Assembly: GCF_006345805.1 (NCBI RefSeq)
Contig: NC_043001.1
Location: forward strand, 33,666,001 to 33,730,000
Direction: 5' to 3'
DNA: 64,000 nucleotides
Origin: Octopus sinensis
Lineage: Eukaryota
The notes beneath the pieces were generated by a model. The model searched no databases and was not told where the DNA came from. It saw nothing but the letters and a program-made list of their open reading frames with translations. The position numbers and the translations under genes were made by a program. Below, one piece after another: positions 36,295 to 50,069 of the stretch; the stretch's first letter is position 1, and every line of letters begins with the position of its first letter.

Positions 36295-39200
36295 CTGACG
36301 GGCAAAAGATAAGAAAACAGAAAATGTACAAACCAAATTGGAAAAGCAAATTTAGATACATAGATAATATAAAGAGATGAAATGTTACATGTTTGCTATA
36401 CAGCATCTTTTTCCCTGGATCTGAAATCTGTCTTATCTCATTTGTAAGGCAAAATTCTCACCTAATTACCAAGTTTTCCTACTACTATTACTACTACTAC
36501 TGCAGATATCATCCACTGTCTAACCACAACATTCTTTCCAGAGCATTTTCATCTATTCACATTAAATGAATGTTTGTAATGCCCAGAAACTTTCAGATCT
36601 CATTCAGCATTAATAAACAACATTCATCTGGTTTTCCCCTAATCAATGAAGATCTATTGAATGTACAGGTAGTGTCTTGCTATAATATAGCACCACGTAT
36701 TATATACACACTTCAGGTTTTAAATAAAAGGGAAGATGCGGTTAAAAAATAATTGCTAGCAAATTGGTATTGAAAAAAGACCTTATTTTTCTAAACTAAG
36801 CAAAAAAAAAGTCTCCAAAAATAGTAAATTAAAGGATTCTAAAACATTAACTTTATAACAATGAAGCAACTTTTAGCAATACAAGTTCTATATTATGGTT
36901 AAGCTAACTGATATGCCAATCCTCTTCACCTTCAGGTGTAAGATTCTTCTGAGGCTTTTTTATCAATTTTCTTTCAGTATATTTGCAGGTTAGAAATAAC
37001 ATCCTAATCTCTCTTCTATTTGTACGATCTAGAGAGAGTTTGTCAATGATCCTCTCCAAACTTACAACTTAATAATTCTAATTTAATTCATAATACATAT
37101 ATATATATATGGTTGTGTTTGTAAAGTCAAAACTGCTTTCAAGCAGATGATATTTAGCAGTAAGTAGAAAACAGAAATTTTTGAACTGGTAGAAGTTATT
37201 CTGTTGAGGAAATGTCAAGGAAGATGTTAACTGCTAGCAGCAGTGAGTGAAGCAAGAGATCTGACCCTTGACATCAGGTGACGTCTTAGAGAAAGTTGGA
37301 GACAGTTAGCAATTTTGTTTCTGTTTAACTAATCAAAAAATGGCTCACAGACTATTAGTCTCTTTGGTTAAAATAATACATATGACAACAGAGAAACCAG
37401 AATATTGTCAGCATTAGATCGCTTTAGTTTACATCTCCTGTATATATTCAGTAGCAATTAAAGATATATTGAGCTAATTCAATGGAGACTCCATTATAGC
37501 TCATTAATAGCTTAATGGTAGACTAAATATTTACTGGAAATAGATACCATGGGAAAACCAATACTTCCACTATTCTTTAGGAATAGTATATAAGTGATGA
37601 CTATTCTGTGAGATTAGAAATTCTATCATCCTACCATTATAGCTTGAAAATGGAGGTCTTTTGCTAGATTGACTTGCTTTAAATATGTATCCTAATTGTA
37701 GCTGTGGTTCCCAGAAGTTAAGCCCCAACAGATATGTATCCTAACAGGCTGACTAACTCTAGATGTGCAACAGAAAGACAAAGCCTTCAACAGTTAAACC
37801 TAATGATTCAACAAATTATGGCATTTTTTAAAGATGCACATCATGCAAACACATCCAATAATTTTGAGCATAAAATGATTTATTGATAAACAAAAATTTC
37901 ATTTTTTTTTTTTATGTATAAAATGTGTAACTATAAAAACAGAAGAAAATCAGTAAGAAAATTTTTAATACATAATCTAGCACATCATATTAAAATTTGT
38001 TTATAAGCAGCTATGGCTCAAGTAAAAGTCAGAATATTCTTTTAAGTATAAGCAGAGGTGCATTTTAAAGATTGCTTCTAAGCTCTTATAAATTTCAAAA
38101 TATTCCTTTAAGTTTAAGTAGAGATGCAGGAATGGTTGTGTTATAAAGGAGTACATTTCAAAACTAATACCTTTAACAAAATGTTTTCTACCAAACAATA
38201 CCATATACTGGTAGGCAGTATGGAAGTTGGCTGTGTGAGTGTGAAAGAACATGTGTACCTTTTGTTGATGTATATTGGCACTGGATGCAAATCTCAGTAA
38301 GAAAACTCCAAATCTGATGTTTTAGGAATGAATATCATGAGATATTCTACATGTGTTACACTTTCATGTCACTCGTGCCATCAGAAATGCTATGAAACAG
38401 TGATTCACCTATTGAAAATCTATAACCAATGATGTTATTGTAAAACTAATGCAATATTAAATGCATGGTTAAAAAATGCAGGGTATTAAACAAGAATTTT
38501 GCTCATAAATGTATTGCTCAATTGTACCCTAGTGACCAAATCATAAAAGAAAATATTGTTGAAGGTATATAATTCTGATATACAATATATTTAAACATTT
38601 TCTTTCAGACATTTTGTTAGAATGATTTATCCAATTTTCTAAACGAAATACTAAACAAAGAGCAACATATTAGAAGTCACTACATTCTACAACAAAACTG
38701 GTTTCATTAATCATTTGAAGATATTTTAAAGTTGCCAACAAAATAAACTTGCGCAAAGGTCAAAAACATATACAACCTGAATCACTGCAGCAGTTTGCTT
38801 GACTATCTTGAGTGTTGGGTGCAAAGGGATTTGTATAGATTGATTAATTTAGGTATGAAGTTCCACAAAGTCATTTAAAAGATTATAATGTGAAACTTAC
38901 AATGGGATATTAACATATCCCCATTGAGGTATCCAAATAAATTCCACTCTGCAACAAATGCTCTGTGAACATTTCCTACAGTTACCATTTCTGAAAATTG
39001 AGTATGTTACAGACACACATTCGTCTGAAAGTAGTTGTTTTTCAATGATGAAATACAACAGCCATTAACACATTCAAATTTGAATCTGCCTGAATGAATT
39101 AAGAAAGAATGTGTGTACCATTGACATTATTCTCAAAATGGGCCAAAAAAAAAAAACAACAAAGTGGATTGGTCTTCAGTTTCAGATAAATTTCTGTAAT

Positions 39201-40665
39201 AAGTTGCAGATAATAACCAAGAACCCTAATGCAAACCGTTATTGAGTATTGTTCTAACATTTGAAAGAATACAGTATTGTAATTATTCATATATAATACG
39301 TAATTATGTATGATGTATACTCCTAATCTCCTAATTAAGAGTAATAGAATCCCATAAAAGTATCTCTTGTGTATAATCTGCATTGACTTTTCTTTAGTAA
39401 TATGATATATAGAAAAAGAAGTGTTTACTTGGACGTATTATAATTCTTATATAATATAAATTAAAATATTCATACATCCTAAACAAAACAAAAATGTGAC
39501 CTTTCAAGTTTACAGGTGTAAGCCATAAAAGTGCATCTGCTGTAAATCCAACATTATAGAAATCATGCTATCATTTTTTTTCCTAGGAAATCAATCTCAT
39601 TTTGATAATGACGGTCTACTTAAGCTTATACTCAATATAACTTTTCAGTTTGCATGGTGATGAACACATGGTTACATTACAGTAGAACAAAGTATTCATT
39701 GTTTAAGTCTGGCCTTTTTAAAAGTCCTCTAATGCTTCTATTATACATTAAAAAAAAAACAGTCTTTGAATTTTGAATTTTGAACAAAAGACATTAATGA
39801 TTTGGCAGACAAATTTTTAATCTGAAAGAAATTTTTTTTATAATTAAAAACAAAATTAATTAGAATCTTAACAAATTGAAATTCATCATTTATGTTTTCA
39901 GAAAGTAAAAAAATATTTTAACCACCCACTATCTCATCTGTAATTTCATGAGGTATAAATTGTGTTGATATTGTGTGGACACTGTGTATTTATAGCACAA
40001 ATTGTGTTCCTGTTAGAACCCTAAAAGTGATTTATTGCTATCAATGTCAATTTTATTTCCTGGTTACTTTATATAAATAATCTTGAGCAAAATTTTGTTG
40101 TATTTAGTTAGACACTGAGTGCTACAATCTCTAATGTAAGCAACTCTGAAAGGTGACTGTGTAAGATATTATGTGCACCTGCAACATAAAGCTTTATTGT
40201 ATACTTATAACGACCATAACATAATATGACTATCATAGAAAAATGGAACATTATTATAGTGTTAAACTCTTTGTTATGCATCAATTAACATTTAGCTTCA
40301 GCAATGGGCATTATTTATTCAGAAGACAGCCATCTGCCTGCTTGATAAACCCTTTTTTTTTAAACCTTGATCCATGATTACATTCATGACTGCATCTTCA
40401 CAAACATACTACACATCCCACTTTGCTTCCCACAATTCCAGAATTACATTATCAGTAGTTCTTCATTCAATGGCAGTATCTTACCACAAACTTTGATATC
40501 TATTATGTTAACTGCTCAGACCTCACTAATTCTATTCCAACCCATCTCAGCTATGGACAATGTTTTCTTACTGGATTACATTTTATCCAGTCAGCTTGTG
40601 TGCATTTCATGTACATAATATCAAAACTATTTGCTTTAATAGTGGTTATTAATAAAATGACCAAC

Positions 40666-40790
40666 CTGATTCTCAGTAGCTGTTGAGTTTTTTGGCCCCA
40701 GAGATGCTCCCAGTGTCAGAGTATATGTTATTGTACGCTGTCGGTTTCCATCAGCATCAGGTTCTTCTTGCCAAGGAGGAAGGACAAGTT
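40666..40790 (-). CDS. GRAMD1: GRAMD1 exon, VASt (ELVLPPWQEEPDADGNRQRTITYTLTLGASLGPKNSTATENQ)
   Basis: ttattttcag / gttggt, 125 nt, phase 1 to 0. Matches the PW...GN..R.I.YT.TL...L.PK pattern. Absent from the ORF track. Confidence 0.94.
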
Positions 40791-41800
40791 CTGAAAATAA
40801 TTATTAAATCCATTACAAAGGACCACTTTGGATAATTAAAGCATGTAAATGTATAAATATTAGGAAAATGTAACACCATGTTATTATTTGGTACGAAGGT
40901 ACGGAAAGCAGTCAAATCTTTGTTTCCAGTTTCCAGAAATCAAGTACTATAATGATAAGCTTTTGAAAAAATATCTCTGTCAGGAACCCTTCAGTTCTGA
41001 ACAAAATACCGAGCATCAATCTATGAAAAAGACTTGTTGTATGTAATGAATAATTGTAGGTTTCTACAAAGCATGAACATACTCATTCTTTTACAAATGT
41101 ATGTATCAATAAAAAAAAAATCTGCAAAAGAAATTATTGCTAGGTTTATTAATTATTTAGAGGCAAGTTAGCCTGTAAAATTGTGGCAACAAACATAGAA
41201 ATCCATCTGTCATGCTATCTGAACTGAACTGGAAGCTACCCTACTCTCTCTCTCTCTTTACCAGAACTCAACTAGAATAAGAAATCAAGTGGAGAGGTTG
41301 GCGGCAATAGTTCTCAGCCATGCATTGGCTATATAAACAGAACACAAAACAGTCCTCTTTCTCTTCAATAGAACTCAGCCATAGCAAGGAGTCATTAGAA
41401 CTGGTTGTTTCCTATTCTTGTATCAGCTACTCTTGACACAAGACCTATTTCAGTTGAATGAGACATCAATTTTATATATCATGATTCTACCAGGTTACCA
41501 ATCACATATCTTGATTTTCTCATTTTTTTAATTTTTTTATCTCAGCAACATTTCCTAACACAATCGCATGAAAACACTACTTCTGCAAACATGTGTTACC
41601 TCAAATATGGAAATCTTGTTTTTATAAATGTTGCAAATGAAAATTGTTACTTTTATGTATATGATTCACTTTCTTGTTTGAAACTGAACTTCATGGACAT
41701 TTCAAAGTAAACCCAAACGGTTTAATCACATTGAAAAGTACATCACTTAGGCTGGTAAAAGCTTACTGTTTGGTGGTATGTAGGAAATAAAAGAGAACTT

Positions 41801-41900
41801 TATATGCACACACACACATATATATGTTTATGTATATGTGTGTATGTATATATATGTATGTGTGTGTATATATATGTGTGTGTGTGTGTATGTATATGTA

Positions 41901-41949
<49 letters not shown>

Positions 41950-41962
41950 TATATATATATAG
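41801..41962. repeat. Compound TA/TG microsatellite
   Basis: Direct reading. Confidence 0.9.
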
Positions 41963-42075
41963 TATATCAAAGTTGACAATTTACTCAGAGTTTTCACCTT
42001 AGCATGGCTGGTCATGACTATTGTGGACAGCCAAGCAAAGGGTGAAATTCACAATAGGTTGTCAACTTTAATATA
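41963..42075. repeat. Imperfect palindrome / small MITE (~48-bp arms)
   Basis: tatatcaaagttgacaa..ttttcaccttagcatggctg pairs with cagccaagcaaagggtgaaatt..ttgtcaactttaatata. Confidence 0.7.
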
Positions 42076-42323
42076 ATAAATAAATATCTATCCACTTTAC
42101 CCTGCATAGTGAGTTCTAGACCAGATCATTTTTGCACTGTGTAAGACATATTACTGATATATTCTACTACTATTACATTACTATGTACACTTACACACAC
42201 ACTTTATCTTTGCTGTCTGCCACATCATGATCATCTATATCTGTCCCAACACCAAATATTTTTAATAATTTAAATATATTTTACAGCAGAAAGTAAAGAA
42301 CCTCAAAGACAATTTATGCTTAC

Positions 42324-42467
42324 CATAAGTTTTCCTGACTTCAGCAAAATGCCTGAAAAATGGAGAATCTGTGAAGAGATATTCAAACATCTTGTCCACA
42401 GGAATACTGAAGACTTCATTCATGTAAGTCTTAGAAAAATGTTCATGTCCAGTACAGATAATTTCTC
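42324..42467 (-). CDS. GRAMD1: GRAMD1 exon, start of VASt (GEIICTGHEHFSKTYMNEVFSIPVDKMFEYLFTDSPFFRHFAEVRKTY)
   Basis: ttcttgtttttcatttcag / gtaagc, 144 nt, phase 1 to 1. Matches Y.NEVF...VDK....LFT.SPF of GRAMD1 VASt. Confidence 0.96.
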
Positions 42468-44218
42468 CTGAAATGAAAAACAAGAACATCTTATATAGAA
42501 GTGAACAAATATCAAAGTGAAAAGCTCAACAAATAAGAAAATACATTCGAAAGGAGAGTTTTATATTAATGAATGAATAAAATTATGCGAACTATAGTAA
42601 GGATGTAAAATACTTTAAATACTTCATCATATTGATATTACAAACCAATCTGTCATAAAGTCTATCACTATATTAGGAAATGAAAGGTAGGAGAGTTAAT
42701 ACAAAGACAGGTTAACATACTATAGAATATACAACAAATGGTCAACCTATAATACATGTGGAGCAAGTTCATCAATAATCAAAATTTAAGTTAATATCAG
42801 TTTCCATATTAAGAACATCTTAGATATTAAACTGACAAAAACAGATTCTGCTTTTTGATATTAGACAAAAAGTCCTCTACACAGCTATCCAACTCTTGAG
42901 AAATAGCAGCTGAATAGCCTTCAAATTATACCATGGCATCTTAAAAAAGAGGACACATTAGATAATATAGTCTTAGATAACTTAACCTGAAAAAAATGGG
43001 ATAGCCACAGCTGAAATGTCTTTGATCATAGGTTTGCTTGATCAGAGTTGACCTGAGACTAAATGAGAAAACTACAGGAGACAGGATCTTTCAAACCTGC
43101 AGTTAAAGAGTGTATTGTAAGTCAAATGTCAACAGCCTGTTGTGTACGTTCCAATCATGCTAAATACTTCTTCTACTGATAGCCAAAGTCTTCTCATTAT
43201 TAGACATCAATGAGGATAGTCTTTAAACTGAATTTAATGATATATCAATTTTAGGAATAGTACTCATAGTCAATTTGCATCAAAGTAGGTAGTATAATTA
43301 GGTTGATGTTCAGCTGTACACATCCCAAGAAGGAAGTAACATTATCCAACACAAACACTTTAGCTGGTAGAGCAGAAGACCTCTTGCTATTTTTTCAAGG
43401 AATGGAATTAATCTTAAAAGATAAATTAATAAATACCAAGTGGTAGAAACCAGTTTGACATGCTTGGATTAATCGGCTTCAGTGTAATGAGGGATGTGGA
43501 CTATCAAATATCTATATAATTTAACAAGAGCATATTATATGAAGCATCTGGTGAGTATACAAAATAATAACCTAAATACATAGTTTAAAGCATTTATAAC
43601 TTGTTAATTAAAATTGTACTACTGTATTTTATTTTGATCTATTTTTTAAATAGACAGCCAAGACCATATCGAAAACAAGTCACCTGACTGATTGACATGA
43701 AGTTGTTCACCAACACAGACCAACATCTGTTCCACAGTCATGCTTGTTTATCAATACTAAAATGATCTCCTCTGATCTTGTGACACCTCCACTCAGAATA
43801 GCTTGACTCACTCATCTCTCCTCTTCTCATCCCCCATTAAAATATATCATCATCCTCATCATTGCTTTTTTTACAATTGCATTTGCCATGCTGCTAGGGA
43901 CTGGATGAGACTTCTTGAGGCATTATTCTATGGCTGGAAGTCCTTCCTGATACCAACTCTTGTTTTTCAAGTAAGGTACTTTATTCCATATCTTTGCAAG
44001 TTAAACAACTGATGGAAATTTTGACTATAGCAAATATAAACAATATCACTGCTACCAAAAAAGAGGCAATGCAAAGACACAGGAGACAAACACATTAACA
44101 TTTATAGCCATAGGCACACACACACACACAAGCTTCTGAATAGTATTGCTTCCATTGACAAAATTTCACTCACAACTATTTCTTTTTCTCTCTCTGAATG
44201 TGCGTGTGTATGTGTATG

Positions 44219-46053
44219 TATGAATACAAAATCGCGGCAAATGCCAGTAGCAATCCAAAAACCTTCTTTGCCCATGTCCAGCGGAATTCCCGCTTGAACA
44301 ACCAGATTGCAATGTTGGTAGACTCAACAGGTGTATCGATTGAGGACCCTTATCAACAGAGTCAATTATTTGCCGAGGCTTTTTCAACTATTTTCAAACA
44401 AGATGATGGTCGTGAACCCCCTCCATTTGATAGATCGGTACCTCCAATGCTTCGATTGGTCATCACGCGGGACGAAGTCAAACGTGTTATTCAAGGCCTC
44501 GATGTCAACAAGGGTCACGGCCCTGACGGCATACACCCACGGGTTATCAAAGCGTTGGCTCCGGTCATCTGCGAGCCCTTAACATGACTATTCAATATGT
44601 CATTGGCGACGGGTGTTATACCTGCAGACTGGAGAACAGCGATAATCTGCCCAATTTTCAAGAAAGGGAGCCGCGAAGACCCGCTTAATTACCGACCGGT
44701 TTCCCTTACATCAATAATCAGCAAGATGTTCGAAACCATCCTTAAGAAAAGTATGATGCTCCACCTCCTAAACACAGCCTCTATCTCTGATTCCCAACAC
44801 GGCTTCGTGCCGAAGAGATCATGCTTGACCAACTTACTAGTAATGGAAGAATTGGTGACGCGCATCCTCGATGATAGTGATGCTGTTGACATCGTTTTAT
44901 TGGACTTTGCCAAAGCTTTTGACTCGGTAAACCACCGCCTATTACTTGTCAAGCTTCAAGCATATAGTTTCCATCCGGATATTATACGATGGGTTGGTGC
45001 CTTCCTCTCAGATCGCTCCTTCCAAGTCCAAGTTAATGGTTCGCGGTCCGACGTCTCCAGTGCGAGCAGTGGCGTGCCTCAAGGTTCAGTGCTTGGGCCC
45101 TTGTTGTTCTTAGTCTTCATAAATGACTTGCCTGACGACCTCACGCAACACACCCTTCTATTTGCCGACGATATCAAACTGGTCGCTCCTCGCGGTAATA
45201 TAGAGGATCTTCGTCAATGCCTCCACCAAATTTGGAAGTGGTCTAACGACTGGGACCTGTGTCTGAACATGTCAAAGTGCTGTCATCTGCCTGTCGGCTC
45301 TACTCCTGCAACTCAACTTGATTTTGAGCCGAGTCGTCTGCTGCTGGAGAGGACCGATCAGGTAAAGGACCTGGGTATCTTGGTGGATTCCTCCTTTTTG
45401 CCTTCGGCCCAGTGCGTCCATGCTGCCAACAAAGCACGCGGAATTCTGTTCTTGATTCGACGGTCATTCGGAATGCTCACAGCAGCCATATTCCTACCAC
45501 TCTATGTCACGCTGGTGAGACCCATACTGGAGTATGGGATTCAAGCCTCTTCTCCTTATCTCCTCAAAGACATACAGCATCTCGAAAGAGTCCAGAAGCT
45601 GGCTACCCGCATGGTTCATGGTCTCAAAAATTTGTCCTACGAAGAAAGGCTGAGGACGCTCGACCTTTATTCTCTTGAAAAACGCCGCCGCCGTGGTGAT
45701 CTCATTCTCGCCCACAACATCATAAGTGGAAAGTGTAACCTCTCGAAAGAGCTGTTCTTCACTCCTGTTCCAGAGCGTCGGCTGCGGGGTCATTCCGAAA
45801 AGCTCTACCTGCGACGATTTCATCTCAATCGAAGGAGCGGAGCTTTCTCCGTCCGGGTCGCGGATCCGTGGAACAAGCTGCCAGACGAGATGGTGAAGAT
45901 GCCGACGACCGCTTTGTTCAAAGCCTCCCTGGACCTCAAGTGGCCTGAACTCTTTACATGAACACCACCCTGTACTTAACTCCATGTCCCCCTACATGGC
46001 CTTGCTATTTGCTTTTGAGCCAAATTAACTAACTAACTAACTAACTAACTAAC
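44219..46053 (+). mobile_element. Young-looking 5'-truncated CR1-clade LINE with nearly intact RT and (TAAC)7 tail
   Basis: One frame from ~44219 to 45961 with a single internal TGA (44585-44587). Motifs GPDGIHPRV, NYRPVSLTS, QHGF..KRSCLTNL, LDFAKAFDSV, GVPQGSVLGPLLF, LFADD and YSLEKRRRRGDL. Tail (TAAC)7 at 46026-46053. No endonuclease domain. Confidence 0.95.
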
Positions 46054-46103
46054 ATATATAAACTGCTCTGTCTTTACAAAGTCTTCATGAACTGAAAAAG
46101 AGG

Positions 46104-47059
46104 CATCATCATCATCATCATCATTTAACGTCCGTTCTCCATGCTAGCATGGGTTGGACGGTTCGACCGGGGATCTGGGAAGCCAGAAGGCTGCACCAGG
46201 CTCCAGTCTTATCTGACAATGTTTCTACAGCTGGATGCCCTTCCTAATGCCAACCACTCCGTGAGTGTAGTGGGTGATTTTTACGTGCCACCTGCACAGG
46301 TGCCAGGCGAGGCTGGCAACGGCCACGGTCGGATTGGTGTATTTTACGTGCCACCAGCACGGAAGCCAGTCGAGGCGGCGCTGGCATCAGCCACAAGTCG
46401 GATAGTGCTTTTTACGTACCATCAGACCAGGGATCCTGGCTGGTTCAATTCGATTTCGATTTCGCTTGCCCCAACATGTCTTCACAAGCAAAGGGGGTTG
46501 GCATGGGTGCCTGTCGTCGGATGAGGTTCTATATCGACTTCGCTTGCCTCAACAGGTCTTTGTGTCCAAGGGAGGAAAGGCATTCATAAGTGGGCTGGGC
46601 TCACTTGTCCTGCCTGGTCTTCTCGTGTACAGCATATTTACAAAGGTCTCGGTCGCTGGTCATTTCCTCAGTGAGGCCTAAAGTTCGAAGGTCGTGCTTC
46701 ACCACCTCGTCCCAGGTTTTCCTGGATCTACCTCTTCCACGGGTTCCCTCAACTGCTAGGGATTGGCACTTTCTCACACACCTATCTTCATCTATTCTCG
46801 CCACATGACCATACCAGCGCAATCGTCTCTCTTGCACACCACAACTGATGCTTCTTAGGTACAACATTTCTCTCAAGGTACTAACGCTCTGTCGAGTATG
46901 TACACTGACATTACACATCCATCGGAGCATACTGGCTTCATTCCTCATGAGCTTACGCATGTCCTCAGCAGTCACGGCCCATGTTTCACTGCCATGTAGC
47001 ATGGCTGTTCGTACACATGCATCATACAGTCTGCCTTTTACTCTGAGCGAGAGGCCTTT
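46104..47059 (-). mobile_element. 5'-truncated RTE LINE (ORF2 C-terminus still open, full 3'UTR, (ATG)n tail)
   Basis: KGLSLRVKGRLYDACVRTAMLHGSETWA..RRLRWYGHVAR..GRGRSRKTWDEVV..; homologous to 4600-5648. Confidence 0.93.
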
Positions 47060-49879
47060 AGTCAATTGAACTAATTTCAATTTTACACTAGTATACTCAT
47101 AAATCTACTATTACTAATACTTATATATGCAAACTGGTGCATATATTTTACTTAAAGCCTTCATAATAGTTGATTTGTAAGCAGTGCTTCCATGGGCAAT
47201 TAAAAAGTGTACTCATTGGAGCAAAAACACAGTTAACATACCAGTAATTTATATATTTTTCTTGTATATGTTCATAGTTATGCTTTCATGAAGAGCATGC
47301 ATCTGTGTGCAGACATGTGTCTGTGCTTGTACCAAAAGAACTAAGTCAGCATTGAGAAATATGACTATAAATTTGAAATATATTGTTAGCTTGGAGTTCC
47401 AAGTTGTATATTCCTTTTGCTGGTTAATGACAATAACAACAACACATACTGATGACTATTAATAGAGAGAATATATATATAAAAAAAAACCTACATTAAG
47501 AGTGAAAGATTTAATAATTAATTGAAATCCTGAAATAAGTAAAAAAAAATTGGTTATTTATTAAATAAGGACTACAAAAAAGAGAGAGTGCGTGAGAGAA
47601 GAATTCTCCTCATTAACAAATGATATCAATCTGCCTGAGACTGTTTTTGGTCCTATGATACAAACTTCCTGTTTTAAAGTGATCTCTCATAAATTAAAAC
47701 TTCTCATGTTAATTTATGCTAAAACATCAACTTAATAATTACAGTTATTTCACTAAATTCTTTTCAAAATTAACTGAAACAAAATTAATGCAGTTCAACT
47801 GAAATATGGTAAAAAGCAAAAAGATTAAACATATCAAACACAAAAATAAATCTTCCTTGGACAGACACAGTATAACTGTGAGAAAATAAATATCATATAT
47901 AAGAAATATGCAAATTTTTATGATAAAAGCATTTTAAAGAGAAATAATGTCAAGCGAAACACTCACTCACATAATGAAAAAGATAAGGATAGGATATATT
48001 CAATCATATTATGTAGCCTATTCCACAAAAGAATATTTGATCAAAACCAAGACTCTAAGAAAAGTCAATGTTGGAGTTTTAACCAAGACAAGGACAGAAA
48101 TGTCAAAACTCTAATCTACAACCTAAGATTTCATGAAACAAGTAATAAAATGATAATTTCAATAACAATTATATGAACCCAGAATCTATCTGATGTCTCA
48201 TTAGAATCTATATCATTTAAGATTCTTCGGTTTTGAAACAATTTAACTAAGCTGAGAAATACTGGCATTCATAGAGACAGAAAAGATAAAAATCTCAACA
48301 GAGAGGATCCAACAAACTACTGGAACTAAAATCAATACCAGAAGAGACCAATCGTGTTATTTTAGGAAATATCTAACAAATTTTGCATCATTCATTCAGT
48401 CGGTCATGCATGTATCTATATAAGTATGTGTAATGTCTATTTAAAAAAAAAACCCAGCAACTCTTATTTCAACACAATGTTATGGCTAGCAATTTGAATA
48501 AAATAGAACAAGCACAAAAAACTACTACCTTCAGAGGTAAGAAAGTATTTCTGCCTCAACTTGAAAGGCAGATTACAGAAAGCATTTAAGAATTTGATAA
48601 CACATGGAGATTAAATTTGAAGAGTGAATTTAAAGAACCTACAGCAACTAGAGAGAAAGGACATATGTATAGCATAGTCCATTAGATGTATAGTACAGTC
48701 CAATTTATGAGAAAGGATAAATAGTGGGCTAGAGAAAGTAAGTGATCATCAAAAGAAATGGTTGGTGAATGCAGGGAAGACAACTATAAAGTTAGCAGTT
48801 AGTGTTAGAGCAGATCTATGATGTCCCAGCAGTGACCATCTCATCTTTTTCGTATTTTTAGAACTACATTATCTAAAATGTGTCCTTCTTTTAACAAGAT
48901 ATTATGGTATGCTTTGAGGGAATTTAGCTTTTTTCTTTACAGAGAAGCTGTTTTGTTGGCTCATGGTTTGAAGTAGAACTTCAAAAAGATTCAGGACACC
49001 TACGTATGGATAGGTATAGTACAGCAGACCAATGTATATAATGCCACTATGGAAAATAAAAATTATTGCTACTATGATGATGGTGATGGTGACATGGAAA
49101 AGAAAGGAAGGATGAGAAGTAAATCTAAGAAGGGGTTTGAGATGAAGGTTGATACAGATAATGGTATTACAGATTATCTGTTTGTTCCAGCTGAGCAAAT
49201 TTCTAACACACATGAAGGGTTAGTCAGCAGAATGTAAAATATGACATTTATATTCTTCAACATCATACGAAATACCATCTGCAACCATTAAGCGAAATAA
49301 CAATCATGATCATCGTGCATTTTAGATCATCAAATGTAAAGTTTACACAGAACATAGTTTTATACTAGAATGGTAGATATAGCATTTGTCTGAGATTTAA
49401 CACTAATAACATTATGCGTTTGTGTGTGTGTGAATTTGTTCCTTTTGCATATTTTTCCTATGCTGGCACTGTGTGGTTAAGAAGCTCACTTTGTAACCAC
49501 ATGGTTTTGGGTTCAGTCCCACTGCACAGCATCACAAGCAAGTGGTTTTCATTATAGCCCAAGCTAACCAAAGCCTTGTGAGTGAATTTGGGAGACAGAA
49601 ACTGTGTGAAAGCCCATCATGTGCGTATATGTGTGTGTGCGCATGTGTGTGTCTTTGTGTCTGTTCATTTGCACCCTTCCATGGAAAACATACTTGGCTA
49701 TGAGGAAACATTAATTTGCTTGAAAATAGATGAGGGTTGGCAACAGGAAGAGCATCTAGGTGTAGCAAATTCTGTCTGATCCATGCAAGCATGGAAAAGT
49801 GGACAATAAAAATGATGATGATGCTGATGATGAAAAATGATGATGATATATGTGTAGACAAAAATAAAATAAATGCGCC

Positions 49880-50069
49880 CTTTTTTTTAAGCCTAGCCAG
49901 GCTCATGGTCCATCGCAGCATTACTCATTTTTGCTAGCTGAGTGGACTAGAGCAACGTAAAATGAAGTGTTTTTCTCAAGAACACAACACATCGCCCGGT
50001 CCAGGAATCAAAACCACAATCTTACGATCACGATACTGACACCCTAACCACTAAGCCATGTGCCTCCAC
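49880..50069 (-). mobile_element. tRNA-derived SINE 5' part
   Basis: Reverse strand reads gtggaggcacatggcttagtggttagggtgtcag..ggttttgattcctggacc (A- and B-box-like), followed by a domain shared with 59750-59877. Confidence 0.75.
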
